Translations under genes and position numbers: made by a program
Notes under the pieces: model-generated
The model's database searches: none
What the model saw: the letters and a program-made list of their open reading frames with translations, nothing else
Told to the model about the DNA's origin: nothing
From: a bacterium BMS3Abin08
GTDB lineage: Bacteria; Nitrospirota; Thermodesulfovibrionia; Thermodesulfovibrionales; JdFR-85
Direction: 5' to 3'
DNA length: 64,000 bases
Assembly: GCA_002897935.1 (NCBI GenBank)
Contig: BDTA01000015.1
Coordinates: forward strand, 17,735 to 81,734
In this document: positions 36,387 to 46,044 of the stretch, piece by piece
How positions within the stretch are numbered: position 1 is the stretch's first letter
Layout of the letters: every line of letters starts with the position of its first letter

Positions 36387-37388
36387 ATGAAACAGATACT
36401 CCTTGCCCACGGTGGAGGCGGCGAAGAAACAAGGGAACTGATAGAGGGTATATTCAGAAGATATCTTTCCAATGCCTTCCTTGACAGGTTTGAAGACTCT
36501 GCTATCCTTGATATCCCCGATGGAGGTATTGCCTTTACCACCGACTCATTCACGGTATCACCCCTGTTTTTCAACGGCGGCAATATAGGCAAGCTCGCGG
36601 TTGCAGGAACCGTAAACGATCTCTCGGTAATGGGCGCACGCCCCCTGTTCCTCTCTGCAGGCTTCATTATCGAGGAGGGGTTTCTCATCGAAGACCTTGA
36701 AAGAATCCTTCAGGACATGCGTGAAGAAACTGAAAAAACAGGCGTTATGGTTGTCACGGGGGATACCAAAATCATGCCCCGCGGACAGCTCAACGGTGTG
36801 ATAATAAACACCTCCGGTATAGGGGAACTCCTGTACCGGGGACTTTCCGCATCCAATCTGAATATTGAAGACGGAATAATCGTTACAGGCACGGTGGGTG
36901 ATCATGGGGCGTGTATCCTTGCTGAACGTGAAGGGATGGGTTTTGAACTTGACATTTCAAGCGATTGTGCCTCTCTCTGGGAGATTTTAAAGGAGGTGCT
37001 TGATTCAGGTGCCGAAATACATGCGATGCGCGACCCCACCCGCGGAGGTCTTGCCGCGGTACTGAACGAATGGGCAACTGCATCAGGCACGGAGATCGAG
37101 ATCCTTGAGCATGAAATACCTGTAGAGGGTTCTGTCCGGGGCATATGCGAACTCCTCGGCATGGAGACAACACATCTCGCTTCCGAGGGACGCGCGGTCA
37201 TTGCAGTAAAAAATGGAGACGAAGGTACAGTCCTTGATTCACTCAGGAACCACCCCCTTGGAAAGGGAGCACGGCTGATCGGGTCCGTCACCGACAGGGG
37301 GAAAAAACGTGTAATACTCCGGAGCCCTTACAATACAAGACGGATAATGGAGCCCCCATCAGGGGAGCTTCTTCCAAGGATTTGCTGA
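36387..37388 (+). CDS. hypE: hydrogenase maturation protein HypE
   Basis: AIR-synthase-like fold motifs (DSFTVSPLFF, GTVNDLSVMGA, DPTRGGLA) and the C-terminal PRIC. Confidence 0.95.
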   Translation: MKQILLAHGGGGEETRELIEGIFRRYLSNAFLDRFEDSAILDIPDGGIAFTTDSFTVSPLFFNGGNIGKLAVAGTVNDLSVMGARPLFLSAGFIIEEGFLIEDLERILQDMREETEKTGVMVVTGDTKIMPRGQLNGVIINTSGIGELLYRGLSASNLNIEDGIIVTGTVGDHGACILAEREGMGFELDISSDCASLWEILKEVLDSGAEIHAMRDPTRGGLAAVLNEWATASGTEIEILEHEIPVEGSVRGICELLGMETTHLASEGRAVIAVKNGDEGTVLDSLRNHPLGKGARLIGSVTDRGKKRVILRSPYNTRRIMEPPSGELLPRIC

Positions 37389-37401
37389 GCCCGGAACCGT
37401 T

Positions 37402-37755
37402 ATGCATGAGTTCTCGGTAGTTCAAAGCCTCTTTGATACGATAGAAGCATATGCCTCTGATAATAATGCCGGAGAGGTCACTAAGGTCGTACTTAAGTAT
37501 GGTCTTATCTCGGGCATAGAGCCCTGCCTGTTGAAAACCGCTTTTGATACCTTCAAGGAAGGGACCATTGCAGAACGTGCTGAACTGCAACTCATCCCTG
37601 ATCCCTTAAGCCTGAAATGTAAAAGCTGCGATACCTGCTTTGAGGTTGACAGGATTGTATTTAAATGCACCAACTGCGGTTCCCTCAATGTGGAGGTCCG
37701 CAACGGCGGAGAATTGATCCTCGAAAGACTCGAGATGGAATGTCCTGATGACTAG
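37402..37755 (+). CDS. hypA: hydrogenase nickel insertion protein HypA
   Basis: MHEFSVVQSL N-terminus (MHE Ni site) and the CxxC...CxxC zinc site. Confidence 0.9.
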   Translation: MHEFSVVQSLFDTIEAYASDNNAGEVTKVVLKYGLISGIEPCLLKTAFDTFKEGTIAERAELQLIPDPLSLKCKSCDTCFEVDRIVFKCTNCGSLNVEVRNGGELILERLEMECPDD

Positions 37756-39976
37756 GCTTAGGATCCTTCTGAACGGTACTGTCCAGGGCGTCGGCTTCAG
37801 GCCCTTTGTATACAGGATTGCCCGGACATTGGGACTGAAAGGATACGTTACCAATGATACGGGCGGAGTTGTTATAGAGGTGGAGGGGGCAAAGGATAAA
37901 CTGGATGATTTTCTCCTTAAACTCCATACGGAGAAGCCGCTCCTTGCAAAGATCTACTACGAAGAGACCGCATATGTCGAACCAGCCGGCTATGATGACT
38001 TCAGGATTGAGGAAAGCATCAGCACGGGTCCGCCGCAGGCCCTTATCTTACCCGATATCTCAACATGCGGGGACTGTACGGGGGAACTTCTGGACCCTGA
38101 TGACAGGCGTTATCTCTATCCCTTCATTAACTGTACAAACTGCGGTCCCAGGTTCACAATCATCAAAGGCCTCCCCTATGACAGGCCGAATACCACCATG
38201 AAAGACTTTCACATGTGCCCGGCTTGTGAGAATGAATACAAAGACCCGAACAACAGGAGGTTCCATGCCCAGCCAAATGCCTGCCCTGAATGTGGCCCCA
38301 ATGTCCGGCTGGTCGGCAACGACGGCGCCCCCGTTACCGGTGAAATGGATGCAATAACTTCCCTCATGGAAAAGATCACCTCCGGAGCGATAGTTGCCGT
38401 AAAGGGCATTGGCGGGTTTCACCTTATATGTGATGCAACCAGCAATGAATCGGTCCGGCTGCTGAGGGAAAGAAAGAGGCGAACAGAAAAACCCTTTGCA
38501 GTCATGTTCCGGGATATGGAGCAGCTCAAGCGCTATGCCATGCCGGATGTCATGGAAGAGTCGTTACTGCTTTCCCCTGCAAGGCCGATCGTGATTGTAA
38601 GGAAAAAGCAAGGGACACTTCCGGAGGTCTCGCCCCGGCTTGAGAAAATCGGTGCCTTCCTGCCATACTCTCCACTGCATCTTATTATCCTGGCGGGACT
38701 TGAAAACCCGGTCGTTGCCACTTCCGGGAACATCTCGGATGAACCGATCGTCAGGGACAATGCCGAAGCACTGGACAGACTCTCACAACTTGCGGCCTTT
38801 ATCATGATCCATAACAGGCCCATCCACAGACGCTGCGATGATTCAGTTGTGAAGGTCGTAGGGGAGTTTCCCCAGGTCATCAGACGCTCAAGAGGGCATG
38901 TCCCCCTTCCGGTCGTCCTGCCCTTCAGGTTGGATAAAAAGGTACTCGCTGTAGGCGCCCACGAAAAAAACACGGTGGCAATCGGGTTTGACAACAGGAT
39001 AATCCTCAGTCAGCATATCGGTGATATGCAGACCCCGGAGAGCATCGAATACTTTGAAGAGGTAATCGACGGTCTCTCCTCAATATACGAATTCACCCCT
39101 GATGTAATTGTCCATGACCTGCATCCCCGTTACAGCACGACAAGGTGGGCAATACAGCAGGACAGAGCCGAAATCATCGGCGTCCAGCACCACTACGCCC
39201 ATATCCTCTCATGTATGGCTGAAAACGGTATCTATGATGAAGTCACGGGCATTTCCTGGGACGGAACCGGCTATGGAGAGGACGGCACCCTGTGGGGCGG
39301 GGAGTTTCTTGCATGTAACACGGGGGGCTTTCAGAGGAGATACCACTTCAGGCAGATCAGGCTTCTTGGAGGAGAAAAGGCCGTCAGGGAACCCCGGAGG
39401 ATTGCACTCTCCGTGCTTTTTGATATCTTCAATGAAGGGGCACTTGAAATGGACATCCCGACCTTGAGGGCTTTTGACAGGAAGGAACTCTCACTTCTGT
39501 GGCTTGCATACAACCGTAGTATAAACACACCTGTCTGCTCATCTGCCGGCAGGCTTTTTGATGCCCTCTCCTCCATTCTTGGAATACTACAGATATGCTC
39601 TTACGAGGCACAGGCTGCCATGTTGGTTGAAGACCTCTATGACCCGGCCGTCAGAGACAGCTACGGATATGAACTCAACAACGGGATCATCGACTGGGAG
39701 CCTCTCTTCAGGGACCTGCTTGAGGATAGTGAAACCAACAAGGCCCCTTCACGCTTTCTTAATACCCTCGCCCTGATAGCCCTAAATGTAGCCCTGTTAG
39801 AGGGGAGGGAAAAGGTCTGCCTTTCCGGAGGGGTGTTTCAGAACTCGCCACTGACTTCCTTGATATCCGGAAAACTCAGGGCAGAGGGCTTTAAGGTCTT
39901 TACCCATAAAAACATACCGGCCAACGACGGGGGGATCTCACTTGGACAGGCACTCTATGGTGGAATGAATCCCTGA
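37748..39976 (+). CDS. hypF: carbamoyltransferase HypF
   Basis: Acylphosphatase domain (GTVQGVGFRPFVYR), two CxxC-x18-CxxC zinc fingers, and YrdC and Kae1-like domains. 742 aa. Confidence 0.95.
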   Translation: MTRLRILLNGTVQGVGFRPFVYRIARTLGLKGYVTNDTGGVVIEVEGAKDKLDDFLLKLHTEKPLLAKIYYEETAYVEPAGYDDFRIEESISTGPPQALILPDISTCGDCTGELLDPDDRRYLYPFINCTNCGPRFTIIKGLPYDRPNTTMKDFHMCPACENEYKDPNNRRFHAQPNACPECGPNVRLVGNDGAPVTGEMDAITSLMEKITSGAIVAVKGIGGFHLICDATSNESVRLLRERKRRTEKPFAVMFRDMEQLKRYAMPDVMEESLLLSPARPIVIVRKKQGTLPEVSPRLEKIGAFLPYSPLHLIILAGLENPVVATSGNISDEPIVRDNAEALDRLSQLAAFIMIHNRPIHRRCDDSVVKVVGEFPQVIRRSRGHVPLPVVLPFRLDKKVLAVGAHEKNTVAIGFDNRIILSQHIGDMQTPESIEYFEEVIDGLSSIYEFTPDVIVHDLHPRYSTTRWAIQQDRAEIIGVQHHYAHILSCMAENGIYDEVTGISWDGTGYGEDGTLWGGEFLACNTGGFQRRYHFRQIRLLGGEKAVREPRRIALSVLFDIFNEGALEMDIPTLRAFDRKELSLLWLAYNRSINTPVCSSAGRLFDALSSILGILQICSYEAQAAMLVEDLYDPAVRDSYGYELNNGIIDWEPLFRDLLEDSETNKAPSRFLNTLALIALNVALLEGREKVCLSGGVFQNSPLTSLISGKLRAEGFKVFTHKNIPANDGGISLGQALYGGMNP

Positions 39977-39994
39977 ATCCGGATTATAATATCT

Positions 39995-40050
39995 GGCAAG
40001 CTCTCCGACCAAAGGCCGGAGCTTGCCAATGTAAGGAAAACTTGATTAAT
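39995..40050. repeat. REP-like long hairpin (GGCAAGCTCTCCGACCAAAGGCCGGAGCTTGCC + AATGTAAGGAAAACTTGATTAAT)
   Basis: Near-perfect palindrome directly after hypF. It is the same unit found at 35608-35663. Confidence 0.7.
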
Positions 40051-40083
40051 GCATTAAAACAGTCTTTAAAGGAGGTATAACTT

Positions 40084-40779
40084 ATGTGTCAGGACTGCGG
40101 CTGCTCGGCAAATACAAGCACAAAGGTTCTCGAGGTTCAGAAAAAGGTCCTCGAACGTAATGAAAAAGAAGCAGGGCATAACAGGGAGACGCTCAACAGA
40201 TACAAAATCCTCGGACTTAACCTGATGAGTTCGCCGGGATCGGGAAAGACCTCACTTCTTGAGAAGACGATTGAACTCCTAAATGGAAAACTCTCCATAG
40301 GCGTAATTGAAGGGGATCTCGAAACAGACAGGGATGCTGAAAGAATACGCAACAGGGGCATCCCGGTCCACCAGATAACCACCGGACAGACCTGCCACCT
40401 CGATGCAAAAATGATCCACAACGCAATGCACCACTTACCCCTCAAGGAAATAGATATGCTCTTCGTCGAAAATGTGGGTAACCTCGTCTGTCCTGCTGCG
40501 TATGAGATAGGAACACATACAAACGTTGTCCTCCTTTCGGTTAACGAGGGAGACGACAAGCCGGCAAAGTATCCCCTGGTCTTCAGGACTGCCGAACTGA
40601 TGGTCATTACAAAAACCGACCAGATGCCTTATACTGACTTTAATGTTCAAGGGGCCATAAATGATGCACGGAGGATCAATCCGGAGCTGAAGGTGCTGAT
40701 GCTGTCTGCAAAGACCGGGGAAGGGATGGGGGAGTGGATTGATTTTCTTAAGAAAAGATTGCAGGAGTGCCGTAGTTAA
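40084..40779 (+). CDS. hypB: hydrogenase nickel incorporation GTPase HypB
   Basis: MCQDCGC N-terminal metal site, GSPGSGKT P-loop, ENVGNLVCP. Confidence 0.95.
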   Translation: MCQDCGCSANTSTKVLEVQKKVLERNEKEAGHNRETLNRYKILGLNLMSSPGSGKTSLLEKTIELLNGKLSIGVIEGDLETDRDAERIRNRGIPVHQITTGQTCHLDAKMIHNAMHHLPLKEIDMLFVENVGNLVCPAAYEIGTHTNVVLLSVNEGDDKPAKYPLVFRTAELMVITKTDQMPYTDFNVQGAINDARRINPELKVLMLSAKTGEGMGEWIDFLKKRLQECRS

Positions 40780-42116
40780 ACCTGGATGTTATATTTCTTA
40801 ATCTTGAGATAGAGAGTCTTACGGTCGATCCCGAGTACCCTGCTCGCCTGGGTCTGGTTACCTCCTGCCTCCCTGAGCACCTTCAGAATATGTTCTTTTT
40901 CCATCTCCTGAAGTGACAGGCCGGCCTTTTCATCAACTGACCCATGCTGAACATCCGGGATCGAAATATCATCGGCTCCTATCCGTTCAGACTCACTCAG
41001 TATGACTGCACGTTCAATTATATTCTCAAGTTCCCTCACATTTCCGGGCCATTCATATTCAAGAAACTTCACGACGGCATTTTTGTCGAACCCCTTTACG
41101 GACTTCATAAACTTCCTGGTATATTTATTCAGAAAGTATTCGGAAAGGGGCACTATATCTTCCCTCCGTTCCCTGAGCGGGGGGATCTCGAGGTTTATAA
41201 CATTTAATCTGTAATAGAGGTCCTCCCTGAATTGATTTTTCTCAATCGCCTCCTGAAGGTTCTTGTTTGTGGCTGCAATCACTCTCACATCCGCATTCAT
41301 CATCTTGTTCCCGCCAACCCTCCTGAATTCTCCATCGTCCAGAAATCTAAGGAGTTTTGCCTGTAACCCGATGGGCATTTCACCTATCTCATCAAGAAAA
41401 AGAGTTCCTTCAGAGGCTGCTTCAACAAGACCGTGTTTAACCTTATAGGCGTTTGTAAAGGCACCTTTTTCATGCCCGAAAAGTTCACTTTCCATCAAAG
41501 TCTCAGAAAATGTAGAGCAGTTTAAGGCAATGAAGGGGTTCTTGTTCCTCTTACTCTTCTTCCATATGTGGTTGGCGACAAGTTCCTTGCCCGTTCCGCT
41601 TTCACCGAGTATCAGTACTGTCGAATCAGTAGGTGCAATCTTGTTAATCATCATCAACAACTGGCTGTAATGTTGACTCTTACCGATAAACTTGTCGGGC
41701 CTCTCCTTTCTGGAAAGTTCCTGCTGAAGAAGCGTATTCTCAATGCTCAGGCGCCTCTGCTCATAGGCCCTGTTTATAATTATAACCAGCTCTTCCAGTT
41801 TATACGGCTTGGTTAAATAATCGTAAGCCCCGTTCTTCATTGCCTCAACGGCAGTGTCCACCGTTGCCCTCCCGGTTAAGACAATTATTGCCGGTGAAGC
41901 CGGATCAGCCTTCACTTTTTTCATTAAAGCCAAGCCGTCCAGTCCCGGCATCACGATGTCCAGGAGTACTATGTCGTAATTGGTTTTTCTTATTTTGTGA
42001 AGGGCTGCACTGCCGTCTTCCGCAGTATCCGTTTCATACCCCTTCCTTTTTAATTCCTTGCTGAGGAGCCGCCTGACAGGTTCCTCATCATCTACTATCA
42101 ATACCCTTATCGCCAT
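40776..42116 (-). CDS. sigma-54-dependent response regulator (NtrC/AtoC family)
   Basis: Receiver domain (LIVDDEE, VLLDIVMPG), GESGTGKE, GAFTNA loop, C-terminal Fis HTH. Its stop overlaps the hypB stop (TTAA). Confidence 0.9.
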   Translation of the reverse strand: MAIRVLIVDDEEPVRRLLSKELKRKGYETDTAEDGSAALHKIRKTNYDIVLLDIVMPGLDGLALMKKVKADPASPAIIVLTGRATVDTAVEAMKNGAYDYLTKPYKLEELVIIINRAYEQRRLSIENTLLQQELSRKERPDKFIGKSQHYSQLLMMINKIAPTDSTVLILGESGTGKELVANHIWKKSKRNKNPFIALNCSTFSETLMESELFGHEKGAFTNAYKVKHGLVEAASEGTLFLDEIGEMPIGLQAKLLRFLDDGEFRRVGGNKMMNADVRVIAATNKNLQEAIEKNQFREDLYYRLNVINLEIPPLRERREDIVPLSEYFLNKYTRKFMKSVKGFDKNAVVKFLEYEWPGNVRELENIIERAVILSESERIGADDISIPDVQHGSVDEKAGLSLQEMEKEHILKVLREAGGNQTQASRVLGIDRKTLYLKIKKYNIQV

Positions 42117-44590
42117 TATTCGTCCTTCTTTGCTGGTAATCTTATATGAAATGTGGTGCCCTCCCCTTCCCTGCTCTCCACATCGATAGTCCCGTTATGT
42201 TCAGTCACAATACGGTGGCATATGGGGAGACCGAGACCGGTGCCTTCTCCGATCGGCTTGGTTGTAAAAAAGGGATCAAAGACCCTGCCGATAAACTCAC
42301 GCCCTATTCCACGCCCGTTGTCGGTGATTTTAATATGGACCTCTCTACCGTCGCTGCCGGTTCTGTTGGAACCTGTCTCAATCATGATGCTTCCGTTCCT
42401 GTCCATAAAATAGAATGAGTTCATGATAATATTCATAAACAACTGTCTTAACGCCCCCGGATCCGCATAGACTTTTGGTATGTCCCTGAGGAGATTCAGC
42501 TCTATTATGTAATTCGATCTCTTGGCCTTGTAATTGACGAGAAGGATTACCTCTTTTATGAGTTCATTGATGTCTATCTCCCTGAAAGTACCCGTTGAAG
42601 ACCGTGCAAAGTCAAGAAGGCTTTTCAATATATCCTTACACCTGAATATCTCCTTGTTTATCGTTTCAAGATACTCGGGAAAATCCTCAAAATGGCTGTT
42701 CAGTAATAGCTCCGTACTCCTTGCCCTGTCCAGAAGGGCCTCGGAATATCCTGCTATTATGCCGAGGGGATTATTTATCTCATGGGCAATTCCTGCAACG
42801 AGCGTTCCAAGTGAAGCAAGCTTGTCTGCCCGTACTAACTGATGCTCAAGTCTCTTCTGTTCAGTAACATCCCTCAGATAATTTACAACGCCGTATATCT
42901 TCCCTTCACTGTCAACCAATGGATAGGTCCAGAAGTGATATGTTGAACCATCGAGCCTGGTGAGTTCATGATATAACTTCACTTTACCCTTAAGCAAATC
43001 ATACGAGGGATAGGCAGGGGTCCTGATCTGCAACAGCTTCATTACTTCTCCGGAACTCCTGTTGATAAGTGCAAGCTCGGGCCTGCCGGACCTCTCGATA
43101 ACCGTCTTATTCACCCTGAGCACTTTTCCTTTCTTATCCTCAATCCAGACCATATCCGTTATTGCATCAAAGGTCTTCTCCCATTGACGCTTCTCTCTTG
43201 ATACCTCTTCAAAGAGCATCGCGTTCTCTATGGCTATTGACAGATGCTTTGCAATCGGGAGGAGGATTTCAAGATCCTGTTCTGAATATTTCCCGGGTAA
43301 TGTGCTATCGAAGTTCAGAGTCCCGAGAGGCCTGTCCTTGTACAGTGGTATGCTCACAGTGGATCTTATCCCTTCCTTCTGCAAAATGCTGTCGTACCTG
43401 AAGTGGATTTCCTCTTTGAGATCCCTGTTAATCCAGGGTTTCTGGTTTATTGCAACCCACCCTGAGCTTGTTCCATAAACCGGTGCAACCCTCCCCTTCA
43501 CAAGCTCTGTCGGAAGCTTGGTATCGACGGCAAAGATCCTCAGGAAATTTCTGTTTTCATCGAGTATATTGATGCTCGCCCTGTCAAAATCCACCATCTT
43601 CTTAATTTCCGAAGCAACAATCCTGAATATATGACCAATTGTTAGGCTGGAATTAACGATACTGATTATCTCGTTAATCAGGCCAATCTGTTTCATCTTT
43701 GCCGTAAGGTCTTCTATCAGTCTTGCGTTTTCGACGGCAACACCCAAATGATTACCGATTGTGCTTAAAAACTGTATATCAAGGGATGTAAACCTGTCCT
43801 CATCCTTGCTTGCAACTCCAAGCACGCCTACGGGCTTTCTATCATCACCCTTAATGGATCTGACCATCAGCGGTATACCCACAATACTCTGCAACCCCAT
43901 ATCTGTGAGATTGAGGTGGGGAATCCTGGGGTCCTCTGAGACATTCCTGACAAGTAATGACCTGCCGGAGGACAAGACCCTGCCGACAAAATACTCATAT
44001 GCCTTTAATGCCTTCGCATCACTGAAGGAATCCTCTCCGACTCCCCTGAAACAGCACAAACTCAGACTTTCAGCGTCTTCGTCGACAAAATAGATCCAGG
44101 CGGCATCGATATTGAGGATATCAACAATAATATCGACAATACCACCTGCCATTTCATGCATATCATCCGTCTTGCTGAGTATCTCCGAAAGAGCATTATA
44201 TGTGTTTATCTCCCTCCTTCTCAATGTAGCCCGCTTGGCAATCTTGACAATATTCTCGATATCTTCGACTACCACCACGTATCCCCCCACCTGTCTGATA
44301 ACCGTTATCTTGGCAGGCGCGGTTTTTCCGTCCTTTTTTGTATAAGTTCCCTCCAGTACCGTTACAGTGCCCGAAAGGATCGTCGGCTTAAAGGCAGGGG
44401 TGGTGGTTATAATATCAGAGACGGACATCCCGAGGACATCTTTCCTGCTGTACAGAAGACGTTTGTTAACGGCTGAGTTAAAATCAACAACTCTCAGATC
44501 CTCATTAACTGCAAAGGAGGGCAGATGGAGGGCATCAAGAATAGACCACAGCAGTGTGAGGCTGTCCCTTAATTCAGCATATCTCAGCAT
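42116..44590 (-). CDS. multi-domain sensor histidine kinase (PAS-GAF-GAF-PAS-HisKA-HATPase)
   Basis: 824 aa. H-box AGIAHEINNPL. DNGRGI and GTGLGLPICH G-boxes. GAF-like and PAS-like segments upstream. Confidence 0.85.
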   Translation of the reverse strand: MLRYAELRDSLTLLWSILDALHLPSFAVNEDLRVVDFNSAVNKRLLYSRKDVLGMSVSDIITTTPAFKPTILSGTVTVLEGTYTKKDGKTAPAKITVIRQVGGYVVVVEDIENIVKIAKRATLRRREINTYNALSEILSKTDDMHEMAGGIVDIIVDILNIDAAWIYFVDEDAESLSLCCFRGVGEDSFSDAKALKAYEYFVGRVLSSGRSLLVRNVSEDPRIPHLNLTDMGLQSIVGIPLMVRSIKGDDRKPVGVLGVASKDEDRFTSLDIQFLSTIGNHLGVAVENARLIEDLTAKMKQIGLINEIISIVNSSLTIGHIFRIVASEIKKMVDFDRASINILDENRNFLRIFAVDTKLPTELVKGRVAPVYGTSSGWVAINQKPWINRDLKEEIHFRYDSILQKEGIRSTVSIPLYKDRPLGTLNFDSTLPGKYSEQDLEILLPIAKHLSIAIENAMLFEEVSREKRQWEKTFDAITDMVWIEDKKGKVLRVNKTVIERSGRPELALINRSSGEVMKLLQIRTPAYPSYDLLKGKVKLYHELTRLDGSTYHFWTYPLVDSEGKIYGVVNYLRDVTEQKRLEHQLVRADKLASLGTLVAGIAHEINNPLGIIAGYSEALLDRARSTELLLNSHFEDFPEYLETINKEIFRCKDILKSLLDFARSSTGTFREIDINELIKEVILLVNYKAKRSNYIIELNLLRDIPKVYADPGALRQLFMNIIMNSFYFMDRNGSIMIETGSNRTGSDGREVHIKITDNGRGIGREFIGRVFDPFFTTKPIGEGTGLGLPICHRIVTEHNGTIDVESREGEGTTFHIRLPAKKDE

Positions 44591-44770
44591 ATTTTATTTT
44601 ATCATAAATAGCGGAGTCGGGAATCAACCTCCCCGCCCCGATATTTCGGGACTGGGTATCTTAAAGTCACCCCTCTCTTGACGGGAGGGACCTGTCCCGG
44701 ACTTGATACGGGATTAAGGGGAGGGTGATAACAGCATCTTAACCACCCCATCTGTCTTTTGTCTCATACG

Positions 44771-44896
44771 CTACTGTCGTGTCAACCCTGTAATGCCGGT
44801 GTGCTTGAATTGTCATTCCCGCTACGTCGGGAATCATACTCCTCTCTTAGATTCCGGACAAGCCGGAATGACTATTGAGCGTTGACGCGACACTAC
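44771..44896. repeat. palindromic element carrying a 78-bp hairpin-module insert
   Basis: CTACTGTCGTGTCAACCCTGTAATG, then the insert (GTCATTCCCGctacgtCGGGAATC ... ATTCCGGACAAGCCGGAATGAC), then ATTGAGCGTTGACGCGACACTAC. Confidence 0.7.
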
Positions 44897-45025
44897 ATAA
44901 GGCTTTGTTTAGACAGGATGTACAGGATGTTTCTAAAATCATTACAAGATTCTAATGCCTTTATCCTGTTAATCCTGTCTAAGAACTTCCTTTTTCAGTC
45001 AGGATGTTAACAAAGCTGTAAGATA

Positions 45026-45073
45026 CTACTGTCGTGTCAACCCTGTAATGATTGAGCGTTGATGCGACACTAT
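45026..45073. repeat. 'empty' copy of the same palindromic element
   Basis: CTACTGTCGTGTCAACCCTGTAATG is directly joined to ATTGAGCGTTGATGCGACACTAT, with no insert. Confidence 0.7.
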
Positions 45074-45086
45074 ACCCTTAAGGGCA

Positions 45087-45100
45087 GGAAGTTCTTTTGC
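45087..45100 (+). promoter_or_regulatory. weak sigma-54 promoter candidate
   Basis: GGAAGTTCTTTTGC has the invariant GG-N10-GC, but the -24 element is poor (AGGAAG against TGGCAC). It lies 30 nt upstream of the ATG at 45131. Confidence 0.3.
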
Positions 45101-45130
45101 TTAAATCCTGCTTCAATGTTAAAATATCGC

Positions 45131-46036
45131 ATGCAATTGAGAATAGGTCATCTCTCCACACTCTATCACACATCAATCGTCATGATGGCACACAGGGAGA
45201 TTCTCTCAGGTTTTCCTGCCCGGATCAAATGGAGCCTGTTCGGAACCGGACCTGCAATAGTGAACGCCTTCAGGGAAAATGAAATCGATCTTGCCTATAT
45301 AGGACTTCCTCCTGCCGTTATCGGTATTCTAAGCGGTGTAAGGATCAGATGTATTGCCGGGGGCCATATAGAGGGCACAGTGATCGCCTCACACAAAGAC
45401 AGCTATCATGACACGGACAACCTCGGCACGATACTCTCCGGGTTTTCCTCCATCGGCGTTCCCGGCAAAGGCTCAATCCACGATCTTATCCTTATGGACA
45501 TCCGCGATAGATATAACCCGTCACTTACGGTTATGAATTTCAGGTGGGCGGACGAAGTCCTTGAGGCATTCGTAAAAAACAAGGTCGATGCTGTCATTGG
45601 AACCCCCGCCCTTGCACAGGCCGTTGTAGAGTACGGAGACGGCAAAATCATCTACCCCTCCTCCAGGCTCTGGCCCTGTAATCCAAGCTACGGCATCCTC
45701 GTAAGGGAAGAACTGATGGAAGGAGATGGGAAAGAGATCCTCAGGGAATTTCTCTTACGTCATGAGGGGGCAACACTTCTCCTCAGGGAAGACAGGGAGG
45801 CCCTGTCCGTAGAGATAGCATCCTTCATGGGGGTTGTTGACAGAGACTTTGTACTTAACACCCTGAATATATCACCGCGCTACTGTGCAGCTTTGAGTGA
45901 TGGTTTTATCAGATGCACGATGGACCTTGCCGCAAGACAGAAGGACCTCGGGTACATAGACAGGGAGGTCTCCAAAGAAGAGGTCTTTGATCTCTCACTG
46001 ATAAATGAAATACACCCTGAACCGCCACATTATTAA
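45131..46036 (+). CDS. NMT1/THI5-like (NitT/TauT-type) substrate-binding-fold protein, no signal peptide
   Basis: LRIGHLSTLYHT and IDLAYIGLPPAVIG are a type-2 periplasmic-binding-fold pattern. The start at 45131 is chosen because the track's longer start lies inside a repeat. Confidence 0.5.
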   Translation: MQLRIGHLSTLYHTSIVMMAHREILSGFPARIKWSLFGTGPAIVNAFRENEIDLAYIGLPPAVIGILSGVRIRCIAGGHIEGTVIASHKDSYHDTDNLGTILSGFSSIGVPGKGSIHDLILMDIRDRYNPSLTVMNFRWADEVLEAFVKNKVDAVIGTPALAQAVVEYGDGKIIYPSSRLWPCNPSYGILVREELMEGDGKEILREFLLRHEGATLLLREDREALSVEIASFMGVVDRDFVLNTLNISPRYCAALSDGFIRCTMDLAARQKDLGYIDREVSKEEVFDLSLINEIHPEPPHY

Positions 46037-46044
46037 TACATGAA

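Noticed and set aside
40776-40779. Convergent gene pairs with overlapping ends and no terminator (hypB against the response regulator, sharing TTAA; metF against cobW, overlapping by 12 nt). These were considered as a possible assembly or annotation artefact.
   Set aside because: Both partners of each pair are full-length with intact C-terminal motifs. Short convergent overlaps are common in compact genomes. Noted only as a possible source of antisense interference.
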